Of a DNA stretch of 64,000 nucleotides, positions 20,282 to 29,881 are shown one piece after another. Both the position numbers and the translations under genes were made by a program. The notes beneath the pieces were generated by a model that searched no databases, was not told the origin of the DNA, and saw only the letters and a list, made by a program, of their open reading frames with translations. Position 1 is the stretch's first letter. Every line of letters begins with the position of its first letter. The stretch is from Spirochaetia bacterium (GTDB lineage Bacteria > Spirochaetota > Spirochaetia > DSM-2461): contig OY764216.1 in the NCBI GenBank assembly GCA_963668315.1, forward strand, positions 512,001 through 576,000, written 5' to 3'.

Positions 20282-20791
20282 GTGAAACTGGCAAGCAAAA
20301 TCGGGAAGGGCCTGGTCTATGTTCTGGGGACGGTCATTCCGAATATTACCTTTACCGTCATTTTCGTAACTTTCATGATTACGATCATCTCCCGTTACGT
20401 TCTCAAGGCTCCCGTCGCCTGGAGTTATGAAATCAGTATTCTGGCCTATATGTGGACAATGTTTTTCGGCGTGGGTAAAGCCATGACAGCCGATGAGCAT
20501 GTAGTCTTCGGCCTCGTCTACGACAGCATGAAGCCCAGGGTCCAGAAGATTTTCAAGATATCAGCGAATCTTCTTCTCATCATAACCCTGGTGGTTGTGT
20601 TTATTCCGTCCATCCACTCCCTTCTGTCCAAGAGAATGGTGACCGGTGTTCTCAAACTGCCCTTCTCCGTTGTCTTTGCTCCGCTTATCTTTATGTTCGC
20701 CGAAATAATCATCCGGAGCATTATGGATTTAGTGAAAAACATCAAAGAAGTGAAAGAAATCCCCGCTTCCCCTGAAGAGGTCCATTCATGA
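20282..20791 (+). CDS. dctQ: TRAP transporter small permease
   Basis: 169 aa, 4 TM, SRYVL...WSYE motif, position between dctP and dctM. Confidence 0.9.
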   Translation: MKLASKIGKGLVYVLGTVIPNITFTVIFVTFMITIISRYVLKAPVAWSYEISILAYMWTMFFGVGKAMTADEHVVFGLVYDSMKPRVQKIFKISANLLLIITLVVVFIPSIHSLLSKRMVTGVLKLPFSVVFAPLIFMFAEIIIRSIMDLVKNIKEVKEIPASPEEVHS

Positions 20792-22068
20792 ATATAGTAC
20801 TTATCCTTTTTGCCATATTAGCCCTGTGCTTTATCATACGCATGCCCGTCTCCCTCGCCATGCTTACCGCGTCCATCTCATACTTCATGATCAGCGGGCG
20901 GAGCCTGGAACAGGTTTTTAGCGTCATGAGCGGTAATATGTACTCCAACTATACCATGCTCGCCGCCCCCCTTTTCATTTTCATGGCCAATATCATGAAC
21001 GAAGGGGAAGTCACCGATAAGCTATTCAAGTTCTGTAACGGCCTCTTCGGTCGTCTGAGAGGCGGTACGGCCCAGGTGAATGTCGCGGCATCGCTTATCT
21101 TTTCGGGAATGACCGGTTCGGCTATCGCCGATGCGTCGGGTATCGGCCTCATGGAGATTGAGCAGATGAAGAAAGAGGGCTACGACCCCGAATTCAGCTG
21201 CGCCCTGACCGCCGCTTCGGCCACGGTCGGCCCCATCTTTCCGCCCAGCATTCCCATGGTCATCTATGCCATGCTCTCCGGTGCTTCCATCGGCAAGCTG
21301 TTCATGGGCGGTATGATCCCGGGCATTTTCCTCTCCATCCTGCTCATGATCTATGTGGGCTTTATCTCAATGAAACGGAAGTACCCCCGGGGAGAACAGA
21401 TGGCGGTCCGCCAGTTCCTCCGGACAACCGTCTCCGCTTTCCCCGCCCTGTTTACGGTACTCCTTCTACTGGGAGGGATCTACCTGGGTGTGGTTACCCC
21501 CACCGAAGCGGGAGCCCTGGCATCGGCCTACGCCATTCTGATTTCCATCCTCATCTATAAGAACCTCGGCTTTGCCAAATTGTGGAAGATTATCAAGAAA
21601 AGTGCCGCCAATACGGCGACGCTGGCCCTGCTGGCCGGAACGTCCATGCTCTTTTCCTACATTATCTCCCTGGAACAGGTTCCCCGGGCCGTATCCGCCC
21701 TGGTCATGGGAATTACGGAAAACAAATACGTCTTCCTTATGGTGGTCAATATCGTCTTCCTCCTGCTGGGATGCGTTCTGGATGTCAGCACGATCCAGCT
21801 GGTTTTCGTTCCCATGGTCCTTCCTCTGGTAAAGATGTTCGGAATCGATCTGGTCCACTTCGGCGTTATTATCTGCCTGAACATGATGATCGGTCTTTCC
21901 ACTCCCCCCTTCGGTATGCTTCTCTTTATCGTGGCCGGGCTGGGCAAGACGAAAATCAGCGGCGTCATAAGAGAGATCATTCCCATGATTGCCGTTATGA
22001 TCGCCCTTCTGATACTCATAACATACGTTCCCCAGATCGTTCTCTGGATTCCGAACAATTTTATGTAA
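20788..22068 (+). CDS. dctM: TRAP transporter large permease
   Basis: FSGMTGSAIADA, GPIFPPSIP, TPTEAG, TPPFG motifs. Confidence 0.95.
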   Translation: MNIVLILFAILALCFIIRMPVSLAMLTASISYFMISGRSLEQVFSVMSGNMYSNYTMLAAPLFIFMANIMNEGEVTDKLFKFCNGLFGRLRGGTAQVNVAASLIFSGMTGSAIADASGIGLMEIEQMKKEGYDPEFSCALTAASATVGPIFPPSIPMVIYAMLSGASIGKLFMGGMIPGIFLSILLMIYVGFISMKRKYPRGEQMAVRQFLRTTVSAFPALFTVLLLLGGIYLGVVTPTEAGALASAYAILISILIYKNLGFAKLWKIIKKSAANTATLALLAGTSMLFSYIISLEQVPRAVSALVMGITENKYVFLMVVNIVFLLLGCVLDVSTIQLVFVPMVLPLVKMFGIDLVHFGVIICLNMMIGLSTPPFGMLLFIVAGLGKTKISGVIREIIPMIAVMIALLILITYVPQIVLWIPNNFM

Positions 22069-22081
22069 AAGGCATCGGGCA

Positions 22082-25000
22082 GTGAAGAAAAAGCCGGTCA
22101 GCCGCCTCTCCGGGAAAAATCCCGGAAACTTCTACCGTTCCGCCCCTTTCTGGGCATGGAATGAAAAACTGGATCCCGAAGAGCTGAAACGTCAGGTCCG
22201 GGAGATGAATGAGCAGGGCATGGGCGGATTCATTATCCACTCCCGGGAAGGTCTGGAAACGGAATATCTTTCTGACGAATGGATGGACTGCGTCGCCGAA
22301 ACCCTGGAGGAGGCGGACCGGCAGGAGATGGAAGCCTGGATCTACGACGAAGACAAATGGCCTTCGGGCAGCGCGGGAGGCCTGGTCAGCACGAAAGGGT
22401 CGGGCGAATTCACCGCCCGGGCCGTCACGGCGGAGCTTCTGTCCCGTGATGAGTTCGAGAGCCGGGACGCCGATCCCGGAAGGGTTCTGGGGATTTTTAT
22501 CCTGAGCCTTGCGCCGGGAGATCCCGGCCGGCTGGAAAGCTTCACCCCCTGGAACCCCGGGATTTCATCCCCTTCAGGCGATCATGTCCTTATCTGCCGG
22601 GAAGAGATATCCGGCCCCAGCGAATGGTACAACAATCTCGCCCCGCCGGATAATCTGAATCCCCGGAGCATTCAATGCTTTCTGGATATGACCCACGAAA
22701 AGTACAGGGAGCGGTTCTCCGAACATTTCGGCCGCACGGTGAGGGGATTTTTCACCGACGAGCCCAATTTCTGCGACTTCTTTTCCCACTTTACCCCGGG
22801 ACGCCCCTGGCTGCCCTGGTCGTCGGTTTATGGCGAAACCTTTCTGGAAAAGCGGGGCTACTCTCCCGCGGAGATTCTGCCGCTTCTCTTCTTCAAGGGG
22901 AAAGGGGCGGAGAAAGCGCGCTATGACTACTGGCTGACCCTGACCGAGCTCTTCCAGTCGTCCTATATGAAGCAGATCTACCAGTGGTGCGACCGGAACG
23001 GCCTGGAACTGACCGGACACGTTCTTTATGAAAACGACCTGGGATATTCGGTTCGCGTGTCAGGAGCGGCCATGCCCCATTACCGGTACATGCACGCTCC
23101 GGGCATCGATATACTGGGGGACTGCCGGCAGGAATATCTTACGGTCAAGCAGTGTACCAGCGTAGCCAACCAGTTCGGAAGGAAGACCGTCTTCACCGAA
23201 ACATACGGCACGACCGGCTGGGAATTCGATTTCGCCGGACAGAAAAGAATCGGCGACTGGCAGTTCGTCATGGGAGTGAACAAACGATGCCAGCACCTGG
23301 CCCTCTACTCTCTTTCGGGCTGCCGGAAGAGGGATTATCCCCCTTCATTCAACTACCATAACAACTGGTGGCCCCACGACCACATACTCGAGGATTACTT
23401 CGCCCGCCTCTCATCCTGCGTGACCAGGGGCGACGTGGAAAGGGGTATCCTCCTCATCCACCCCATGGGCTCCTACTGGATGAAATCCGGTTCCGCCATG
23501 GATGAGGACCTGAATAACTGCCAGATGAACATGGGCTGGATGGACAGACATATCCTTGATCTGAACCGGGAAGGAGATATTCTGAACCGCCTGGCCCGGG
23601 ATCTTCTCATGTCCCGGTTCGATTTTGATTTCGGCGATGAAATGATCATGGGGGAGGAAGGCCGGATTACAGACGGAGGAGTGGCCATAGGCCTCAGGAC
23701 CTATCACACGGTTATTGTCCCCCGGGTAGAAACGCTCATGGCCTCCACCCTTTCTCTTCTCGAGGAGTTCGCCGCTGCCGGGGGAACCCTTTACTGGGTA
23801 GAGCCTTTTCCCGTGAAAATAGACGCGGTCGACTCCCCCCTGCCGGAAATTCTTCTGAATAAGGCTCTGACGGTCCGGGATTACGGCCATCTGATTTCAG
23901 AACTGGAATCCCGGGAAAGGAAACCCCTACGAATCTGCGATAATATAGGCAGGGAGCAGGACGGGTTCCTCTCCATGGTGCGCAAAGACGGGAGCCAGTG
24001 GATCTATACCATTGTCAACACGGAAAAGACGGGCAGGAGAGACGTTCTGCTCCATTTTGCCGAAAAGGGAGAGCTCATAGGCTATGATCTCCTTTCGGGA
24101 GAGAAACAGAATATCCCTGTCTGCCTTGCCGATGACCGGTCGGCCATGACAATCCAGACGACATTCGGCGGGGAGGAGACCAAAGTATTTCTTGTAGACG
24201 GAGATATCTTACCGGAAAGGGCGCAGCTCTCCTTCCCCTACCGCCATCCCCACTATGTCACGTCGCTGGTCCAGCCGTTCCCTTCCCGTACGGAATACAC
24301 CCTCTCCCGGGAAAACACCCTCACTCTGGACCGCTGTCAATTCAGAACCGGGGAGAATCCCTGGGGTGAGGAAACCCTCGTCTGGCAGGGACAGAAGGAG
24401 ATCCGCCGTCAGCTGGGGATGAGGCCGGTCTATTACAATGGCGCCCCGCAGCGTTACAGCTGGCTGAATCAGCCTGAGGCGGGACCTTCCCTCCCCCTTT
24501 CACAGAGATTCACCTTTACCGTCGATACCGTTCCGGAAGGACCGGTTTATGCGGCGGTGGAAAAATCTTCCGCCTTTATCCTGAAATGCAACGGCCGTCT
24601 CTGTGAGAAAACCGATGAAACCTTTCTGGACAGAGCGATATTGAAGCATCTCCTACACGGACTGATTCCCGGGGAGAACGTTATTGAGATTGAAATGCTT
24701 TACCATGAGGGCATCGAACTGGAAGATATCTATCTTACCGGTGATTTCTCAGTCGGTACGGATCGTCGGATGGGACGCCTGCCGGACACATTGAGGCTCG
24801 GAGACTGGACCGGCCAGGGGCTTTTTCACTATGGGGGGAATGTTACCTACCGCTTCATTCTGCCCTCTTTGGGGAGTGTCCCGCCGGGGAAAAAACTGCT
24901 TCTCCATATAGGCCGATTTTCCGGCACCCTGGCCCTTGTCGCCGTCAATGGCGAGCATCCTGTTCCTCTCTTGCAAGGCGATGAGGACCTGGACGTAACC

Positions 25001-25216
25001 GATTGCCTGCGGAGGGACGGAGAGAATATCATTGCCATAGAGATCGTCGGCAACCTGCGTAATATAATGGGTCCCTTCCATAAGGGCTTCACCACCTGCA
25101 GCCGCATCAGCTGGGAGGATTTCCGCACGGAAACACCTCTCTATACCGATGAATACAGGGTCCATCCCTTCGGTCTTTTCGACGCACCGGCGATAATTGA
25201 ACCGGCCATAATCTAG
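22082..25216 (+). CDS. Cytoplasmic glycoside hydrolase, GH106 (alpha-L-rhamnosidase)-like
   Basis: 1044 aa; PFWAWN, GMGGF, YDEDKWPSG.AGG, FFTDEP, KRDYPP motifs; C-terminal beta-sandwich domains; no signal peptide. Substrate not determinable. Confidence 0.75.
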   Translation: MKKKPVSRLSGKNPGNFYRSAPFWAWNEKLDPEELKRQVREMNEQGMGGFIIHSREGLETEYLSDEWMDCVAETLEEADRQEMEAWIYDEDKWPSGSAGGLVSTKGSGEFTARAVTAELLSRDEFESRDADPGRVLGIFILSLAPGDPGRLESFTPWNPGISSPSGDHVLICREEISGPSEWYNNLAPPDNLNPRSIQCFLDMTHEKYRERFSEHFGRTVRGFFTDEPNFCDFFSHFTPGRPWLPWSSVYGETFLEKRGYSPAEILPLLFFKGKGAEKARYDYWLTLTELFQSSYMKQIYQWCDRNGLELTGHVLYENDLGYSVRVSGAAMPHYRYMHAPGIDILGDCRQEYLTVKQCTSVANQFGRKTVFTETYGTTGWEFDFAGQKRIGDWQFVMGVNKRCQHLALYSLSGCRKRDYPPSFNYHNNWWPHDHILEDYFARLSSCVTRGDVERGILLIHPMGSYWMKSGSAMDEDLNNCQMNMGWMDRHILDLNREGDILNRLARDLLMSRFDFDFGDEMIMGEEGRITDGGVAIGLRTYHTVIVPRVETLMASTLSLLEEFAAAGGTLYWVEPFPVKIDAVDSPLPEILLNKALTVRDYGHLISELESRERKPLRICDNIGREQDGFLSMVRKDGSQWIYTIVNTEKTGRRDVLLHFAEKGELIGYDLLSGEKQNIPVCLADDRSAMTIQTTFGGEETKVFLVDGDILPERAQLSFPYRHPHYVTSLVQPFPSRTEYTLSRENTLTLDRCQFRTGENPWGEETLVWQGQKEIRRQLGMRPVYYNGAPQRYSWLNQPEAGPSLPLSQRFTFTVDTVPEGPVYAAVEKSSAFILKCNGRLCEKTDETFLDRAILKHLLHGLIPGENVIEIEMLYHEGIELEDIYLTGDFSVGTDRRMGRLPDTLRLGDWTGQGLFHYGGNVTYRFILPSLGSVPPGKKLLLHIGRFSGTLALVAVNGEHPVPLLQGDEDLDVTDCLRRDGENIIAIEIVGNLRNIMGPFHKGFTTCSRISWEDFRTETPLYTDEYRVHPFGLFDAPAIIEPAII

Positions 25217-25428
25217 AAGATTCGGGTCAGGATGTTTATTCCTTTTCTGTAAAAAACATACTCTTTACCTACGGTTGTGTATTTCTTCTCCTTCCCCGCT
25301 CTCTTCGCGATATTCGTAAGGCAAAGGGGCGAGGAGGAGGCTGAATGGCCGTAAACCACGGCTTGCCAAGAAAATGAGCCGCGACTCACCTTCGTAAAAA
25401 CCATAATTCCTAGTATATCAATATGAAA

Positions 25429-25445
25429 TTGGCACATTACCTGCG
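25429..25445 (+). promoter_or_regulatory. Putative sigma-54 (-24/-12) promoter of the TRAP-eutBC operon
   Basis: TTGGCAC-ATTAC-CTGC: GG-N10-GC spacing, about 40 nt upstream of the dctP start. Confidence 0.65.
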
Positions 25446-25485
25446 TAATAGGAAGTCAAGATTTCTGATAATAGGAGAGAATATC

Positions 25486-26580
25486 ATGAAAAAAAGCATT
25501 GGAGCGTTTACGGGGAAGAAACGTTTTCTTGTCGTTCTGGGAGTTATTGCTCTGGCGCTGGCAAGCTGCGGCGGAAGTTCCGCAGAAGAAGGCGGAACAG
25601 CAGCCGTAGAAACGACCGTGAAGAAACCGATCAAATGGAGACTTCAGTCATACGCCGGTCCCGCCCTGAACGAATTTGTCGTTAAGAACGCCATAGATGA
25701 ATTCAACAAAGCCGCCAACGGCGAAATGGTCATCGAAGTGTACTCCGCCGACCAGCTTGTACCCCAGGGAGAGATACTCAGAGCCCTTCAGGAGGGAACG
25801 ATTGACATGTGTGTCAGCGATGACGACTCCATGGCCGCTCCGGTCGATGTGTCCGCCTTCGCCGCATACTTTCCCCTCGCCGCCCGATACGGACTGGACG
25901 TGGACGTACTCTGGAACTGGTACGGCCTGAACGAGATCTGGAAAGAAGCCTACGATGAAGTGGAGAATGTCACCTGGCTGGCCCACGGAAGCTGGGACCC
26001 CTGCAACTTCGCCACCACCAAACCCATCCGATCCATCGAAGACTTCAAGGGGCTTCGCATGTACATGTTCCCCACCGGCGGTGAATTCATGAAACAGTTC
26101 GGCGTAGTTCCCGTGACGATGCCCTACGAGGATGTGGAGATGGCCATCCAGACCGGTATGCTCGACGGCGTCGCCTGGTCCGGCATAACCGAAGATTACA
26201 CCGTGGGATGGGCCGATGTTACGGACTACTTCCTGACCAACCCCATTTCAGGCGGATGGGCCGGCGGCTGGTTCGCCAATACCGAGTCCTATGAAGCTCT
26301 GCCCGATCACCTGAAAACCCTGCTTGACCTGGCCATCCAGAAGTCCAACTACTTCCGCCTGCACTGGTACTGGTACGGGGAAGCCCACTACCGGACGACC
26401 GGCGGAAAGCTGGAAATGACCTCCATTCCCGAAGAGGAATGGGCCCAGGTAGAAGATGCTGCCTATGCCTTCTGGGATGAGATCGCCACGAAGAGCCCCC
26501 GTTCGGCCCAGATTGTTTCCATCCTCAAGGAGTATGTGGACACGATGAAAAAAGCCGGACCTCCTTACCGCTACGAATAG
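25486..26580 (+). CDS. dctP: TRAP substrate-binding lipoprotein, probably ethanolamine-binding
   Basis: Lipobox LASC; WRLQSYAG, ADQLVP.GE, SDDDSM, WDPC, WSGITEDYTVGW; lacks the carboxylate-binding Arg (LRMYMFP); in an operon with eutBC. Confidence 0.88.
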   Translation: MKKSIGAFTGKKRFLVVLGVIALALASCGGSSAEEGGTAAVETTVKKPIKWRLQSYAGPALNEFVVKNAIDEFNKAANGEMVIEVYSADQLVPQGEILRALQEGTIDMCVSDDDSMAAPVDVSAFAAYFPLAARYGLDVDVLWNWYGLNEIWKEAYDEVENVTWLAHGSWDPCNFATTKPIRSIEDFKGLRMYMFPTGGEFMKQFGVVPVTMPYEDVEMAIQTGMLDGVAWSGITEDYTVGWADVTDYFLTNPISGGWAGGWFANTESYEALPDHLKTLLDLAIQKSNYFRLHWYWYGEAHYRTTGGKLEMTSIPEEEWAQVEDAAYAFWDEIATKSPRSAQIVSILKEYVDTMKKAGPPYRYE

Positions 26581-26591
26581 GGATTTCTTCT

Positions 26592-26613
26592 TCTCCCGTC
26601 TCAGGACGGGAGA
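26592..26613 (+). terminator. Intercistronic stem-loop after the second dctP
   Basis: tctcccgtc-tcag-gacgggaga perfect 9-bp stem. Confidence 0.6.
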
Positions 26614-26631
26614 TATTCCAAAGGAAACAAT

Positions 26632-27174
26632 ATGAGAAAAGCAGCAAAAAAATACGTTATGATTATGGACAGGATCAGTACGGTCACGGGCAAAATCGCC
26701 ATGTGCATCGTCATAGGAATGATTCTTGTCCTTCTTTTTGAGTCGATCTCACGGACATTCTTCAATACGCCCCATATCTGGTCCATTGAGTTGTCCCAGT
26801 TTATTCTGGCCGCCTACTTTATCCTGGGCGGCTCCTACACCCTTATGTATAACGAGCATGTCCGGATGGACCTTTTTTATCATAAATGGTCCCCCCGGAA
26901 AAAAGCGATGGTGGATATCTTCACCTTTGTCGTCATGCTAATCTATCTTTCCGTCCTCCTCTACGGCTCCTGGAAGGGAATGGCCTACGCCGTCAAGTAC
27001 AAGCAGGTATCCTATTCCGCCTGGAAGCCGTCCTTAATCCCGATCAAAGTCATCATGACCTTCGGGATTTTTCTCATGTTCATGCAGTCTATCGCTGAAC
27101 TGATCAAGGATGTGGCCGTGGCCAGGGGCATCAGCCTCGATATGCCCGGCAGAAAAGAGGAGGATGTGGCATGA
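26632..27174 (+). CDS. dctQ: TRAP transporter small permease
   Basis: 4 TM; WSIELSQF, HVRMD motifs. Confidence 0.92.
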   Translation: MRKAAKKYVMIMDRISTVTGKIAMCIVIGMILVLLFESISRTFFNTPHIWSIELSQFILAAYFILGGSYTLMYNEHVRMDLFYHKWSPRKKAMVDIFTFVVMLIYLSVLLYGSWKGMAYAVKYKQVSYSAWKPSLIPIKVIMTFGIFLMFMQSIAELIKDVAVARGISLDMPGRKEEDVA

Positions 27175-28490
27175 GCAATTACGGAATAATGGCCATATTC
27201 ATGTTTATGTCCATGCTTCTGATGATGCTGTCGGGGCGGCAGATTTTTGCCGTTATCGGCGGTGTGGCCACGGTGTTCTCCCTGCTCCTGTGGGGAAAGG
27301 GCGGCGCGGGCATGACCTTCCAGGCCTGTATCAATCTGATGAACTGGTACACCCTTCTGACCCTGCCCATCTTTATCTATATGGGCTATATGTTCGCCAA
27401 AACGAAAATCGCCGACGATTTGTACGCCATGATTCACGTATGGATGGGAAGAGTCCGCGGCGGGCTGGCCATAGGAACGGTGCTGCTCATGGCCGTCATC
27501 TCGGCCATCAACGGCCTCAGCGTGGCCGGCATGGCCGTGGGAAGCACCATTGCCCTGCCCGAAATGATGAAAAGGGATTACGACAAGAAGATGCTGACCG
27601 GTGTTATCCAGGCGGGAAGCTCCCTGGGTATCCTGATTCCCCCCAGCGTCGTTCTCGTCCTCTACGGCATGATCGCCCGGCAGCCCGTCGGCCGTCTCTG
27701 GCTGGCCGGTGTTTTCCCGGGGCTGATGCTTGCCGGACTCTTCATCCTCTACATTCTGGTAATCTGTCTGATAAAACCGGAAATGGGACCGGCCATATCC
27801 GAGGAAGAGGGCAATATTCCCCTCAAGGAGAAGATCAAACTTCTGAGGGCGGCCATTCTGCCCCTGATCATCATCTTTTCCATGTCCGGCCTTTTCTTCA
27901 TGGGTATAACCTCCATCGTGGAAAGCTCGGCCATAGGCGCCACGGTTACCACCCTGGCGGCCTTCTGGAAAAAGAGGCTGAACCTCAAACTACTGGGAGA
28001 AGTCCTCCACGACACCCTCCTGGTCAGCTGCATGTTCATGTGGGTCATCCTGGCGGCTCTCGCCTTCGGAGCCATCTTCGACGGACTGGGCGCGGTTCAT
28101 GCCATTGAAGAGCTGTTCCTGAGTTACGGATTCGGCCGATGGGGCATTGTGATCATGATGCAGCTCTCCTTCATCCTCATGGGAATGTTCCTGGATGACA
28201 CGGCCATGCTGATTATCGTGGCCCCCCTCTACGTTCCCCTGATCATGAAGCTGGGATTCGATCCTATCTGGTACGGTGTGCTCTACACCATAACCTGCCA
28301 GATAGCCTATCTGACCCCTCCCTTCGGTTACAACCTCTTCCTTATGAAGGCGATGGCTCCCAAGGAAATAACCCTGGGCCATATCTACAAATCGGTTGTT
28401 CCCTTTGTGGGGGTCATGGTTTTCTGCCTTGTTCTGATTATGATCTTTCCCCAGATTGCCACCTGGCTCCCGGATATGTATTATAAATAG
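27171..28490 (+). CDS. dctM: TRAP transporter large permease
   Basis: SLGILIPPS, GMFLD, YLTPPFG motifs. Confidence 0.95.
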   Translation: MSNYGIMAIFMFMSMLLMMLSGRQIFAVIGGVATVFSLLLWGKGGAGMTFQACINLMNWYTLLTLPIFIYMGYMFAKTKIADDLYAMIHVWMGRVRGGLAIGTVLLMAVISAINGLSVAGMAVGSTIALPEMMKRDYDKKMLTGVIQAGSSLGILIPPSVVLVLYGMIARQPVGRLWLAGVFPGLMLAGLFILYILVICLIKPEMGPAISEEEGNIPLKEKIKLLRAAILPLIIIFSMSGLFFMGITSIVESSAIGATVTTLAAFWKKRLNLKLLGEVLHDTLLVSCMFMWVILAALAFGAIFDGLGAVHAIEELFLSYGFGRWGIVIMMQLSFILMGMFLDDTAMLIIVAPLYVPLIMKLGFDPIWYGVLYTITCQIAYLTPPFGYNLFLMKAMAPKEITLGHIYKSVVPFVGVMVFCLVLIMIFPQIATWLPDMYYK

Positions 28491-28495
28491 AATCT

Positions 28496-29881
28496 ATGGC
28501 ATATACTTTCACGGCGAATCAGCGGACCTACCGGTTTGATACATTAAAGGAACTCATGGCCAAGGCGACTCCCGAACGCTCGGGGGACTGCCTGGCCGGA
28601 GTGGCCGCCTCTTCCGCAGAGGAGAGGGCGGCCGCCCAATTCTGCCTGGCCGATGTTCCCCTCCGGCGTTTCCTGGAGGAGGAGATCATTCCCTACGATG
28701 AGGACGAGGTCACCAGAATCATCTATGACACCCGTGACCGGGAGGCCATGAAAGACCTGGAGCACCTCACGGTGGGAGAATTCCGGGAATGGCTCCTTTC
28801 CGATGGGGCCGACGGAGAAACCCTCGGGAAAATTGCCCCGGGCCTGATCCCGGAAATGGCCGCCGCCGTATCCAAGATAATGAAGAACCAGGACCTGATT
28901 CTGGTTTCCTCGCGCATTCGTGTGGTCACCGCTTTCCGCAACACCCTGGGACTTCCGGGCCGATTTTCCACCCGCCTGCAGCCCAACCATCCCGTGGACG
29001 ATCCCCGGGGCGTGGCCGCATCGGTTATGGACGGCCTCTTCTACGGCTCGGGCGATGCGGTTATCGGAATCAATCCGGCCACGGACAACCTGCCGGCCAT
29101 CAGCTATCTGCTGAAGCTGCTCGATGAACTGATCAGCCGGAACGAAATTCCCACTCAGAGCTGCGTCCTGACCCATGTGACCACTTCGATACAGGCCATG
29201 GAAAAGGGCGTACCCCTGGACCTGGTCTTCCAGTCCATCGGGGGAACCCAGGGGGTGAACGACAGCTTCGGCGTAAACGCCTCCCTTCTGGATGAAGCCT
29301 ACCGGGCGGCCCTGGAGATGAAGCGGGGGACCTGCGGACAGAACGTGATGTACTTTGAGACGGGCCAGGGAAGCGCCCTGTCCGCCGGGGCCCATCACGG
29401 GGCGGACCAGCAGACCCTGGAGGCCCGCTCCTACGGCCTGGCCCGGGTATTCAAGCCGCTCCTGGTGAATACGGTGGTGGGGTTCATCGGCCCGGAATAC
29501 CTCTACGACGGAAAGCAGATTATCCGCGCCGGCCTGGAAGACCACTTCTGCGGAAAACTGCTGGGGCTGCCCATGGGCATGGATATCTGCTATACCAACC
29601 ATGCCGAGGCGGACCAGAACGATATGGATGTCCTCCTGACCCTGATGGGCGCGGCGGGATGCAATTTCATCATGGGCGTTCCCGGTGCGGATGACATCAT
29701 GCTGAATTACCAGAGCACCTCCTTCCACGATGCCCTCTATGTCCGCCGGCTACTTAACCTCCGCCCGGCCCCGGAATTCGAGGAGTGGCTTGTCAGGCAG
29801 AATCTCTTCAGCAAAGAGATGAAGCCGATCGATCAGCTCGGTCCCGAAAACCGCTTACTCAAGGAAAGTCAGAAAATATGA
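28496..29881 (+). CDS. eutB: Ethanolamine ammonia-lyase large subunit
   Basis: RLQPNHP.DD, GDAVIGINP, YFETGQGS, NTVVGFIGPEYL, GLEDHF.GK, CYTNH, MLNYQST. Confidence 0.98.
   Translation: MAYTFTANQRTYRFDTLKELMAKATPERSGDCLAGVAASSAEERAAAQFCLADVPLRRFLEEEIIPYDEDEVTRIIYDTRDREAMKDLEHLTVGEFREWLLSDGADGETLGKIAPGLIPEMAAAVSKIMKNQDLILVSSRIRVVTAFRNTLGLPGRFSTRLQPNHPVDDPRGVAASVMDGLFYGSGDAVIGINPATDNLPAISYLLKLLDELISRNEIPTQSCVLTHVTTSIQAMEKGVPLDLVFQSIGGTQGVNDSFGVNASLLDEAYRAALEMKRGTCGQNVMYFETGQGSALSAGAHHGADQQTLEARSYGLARVFKPLLVNTVVGFIGPEYLYDGKQIIRAGLEDHFCGKLLGLPMGMDICYTNHAEADQNDMDVLLTLMGAAGCNFIMGVPGADDIMLNYQSTSFHDALYVRRLLNLRPAPEFEEWLVRQNLFSKEMKPIDQLGPENRLLKESQKI

Noticed and set aside
25283..25372. Imperfect long hairpin and GGCAAA...TTGCC segment resembling a c-di-GMP-I or cobalamin riboswitch upstream of the eut operon
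   Set aside because: Lacks the GAAA tetraloop/GACGCAAAG core and the B12 box, and lies upstream of the predicted sigma-54 promoter.
28544..29728. 394-aa minus-strand ORF, and similar long antisense or alternate-frame ORFs (735-1847, 13715-14704, 27110-28108, 37707-38576, 42812-43774, 58248-59150)
   Set aside because: Each overlaps a confidently identified gene and shows no family motifs.
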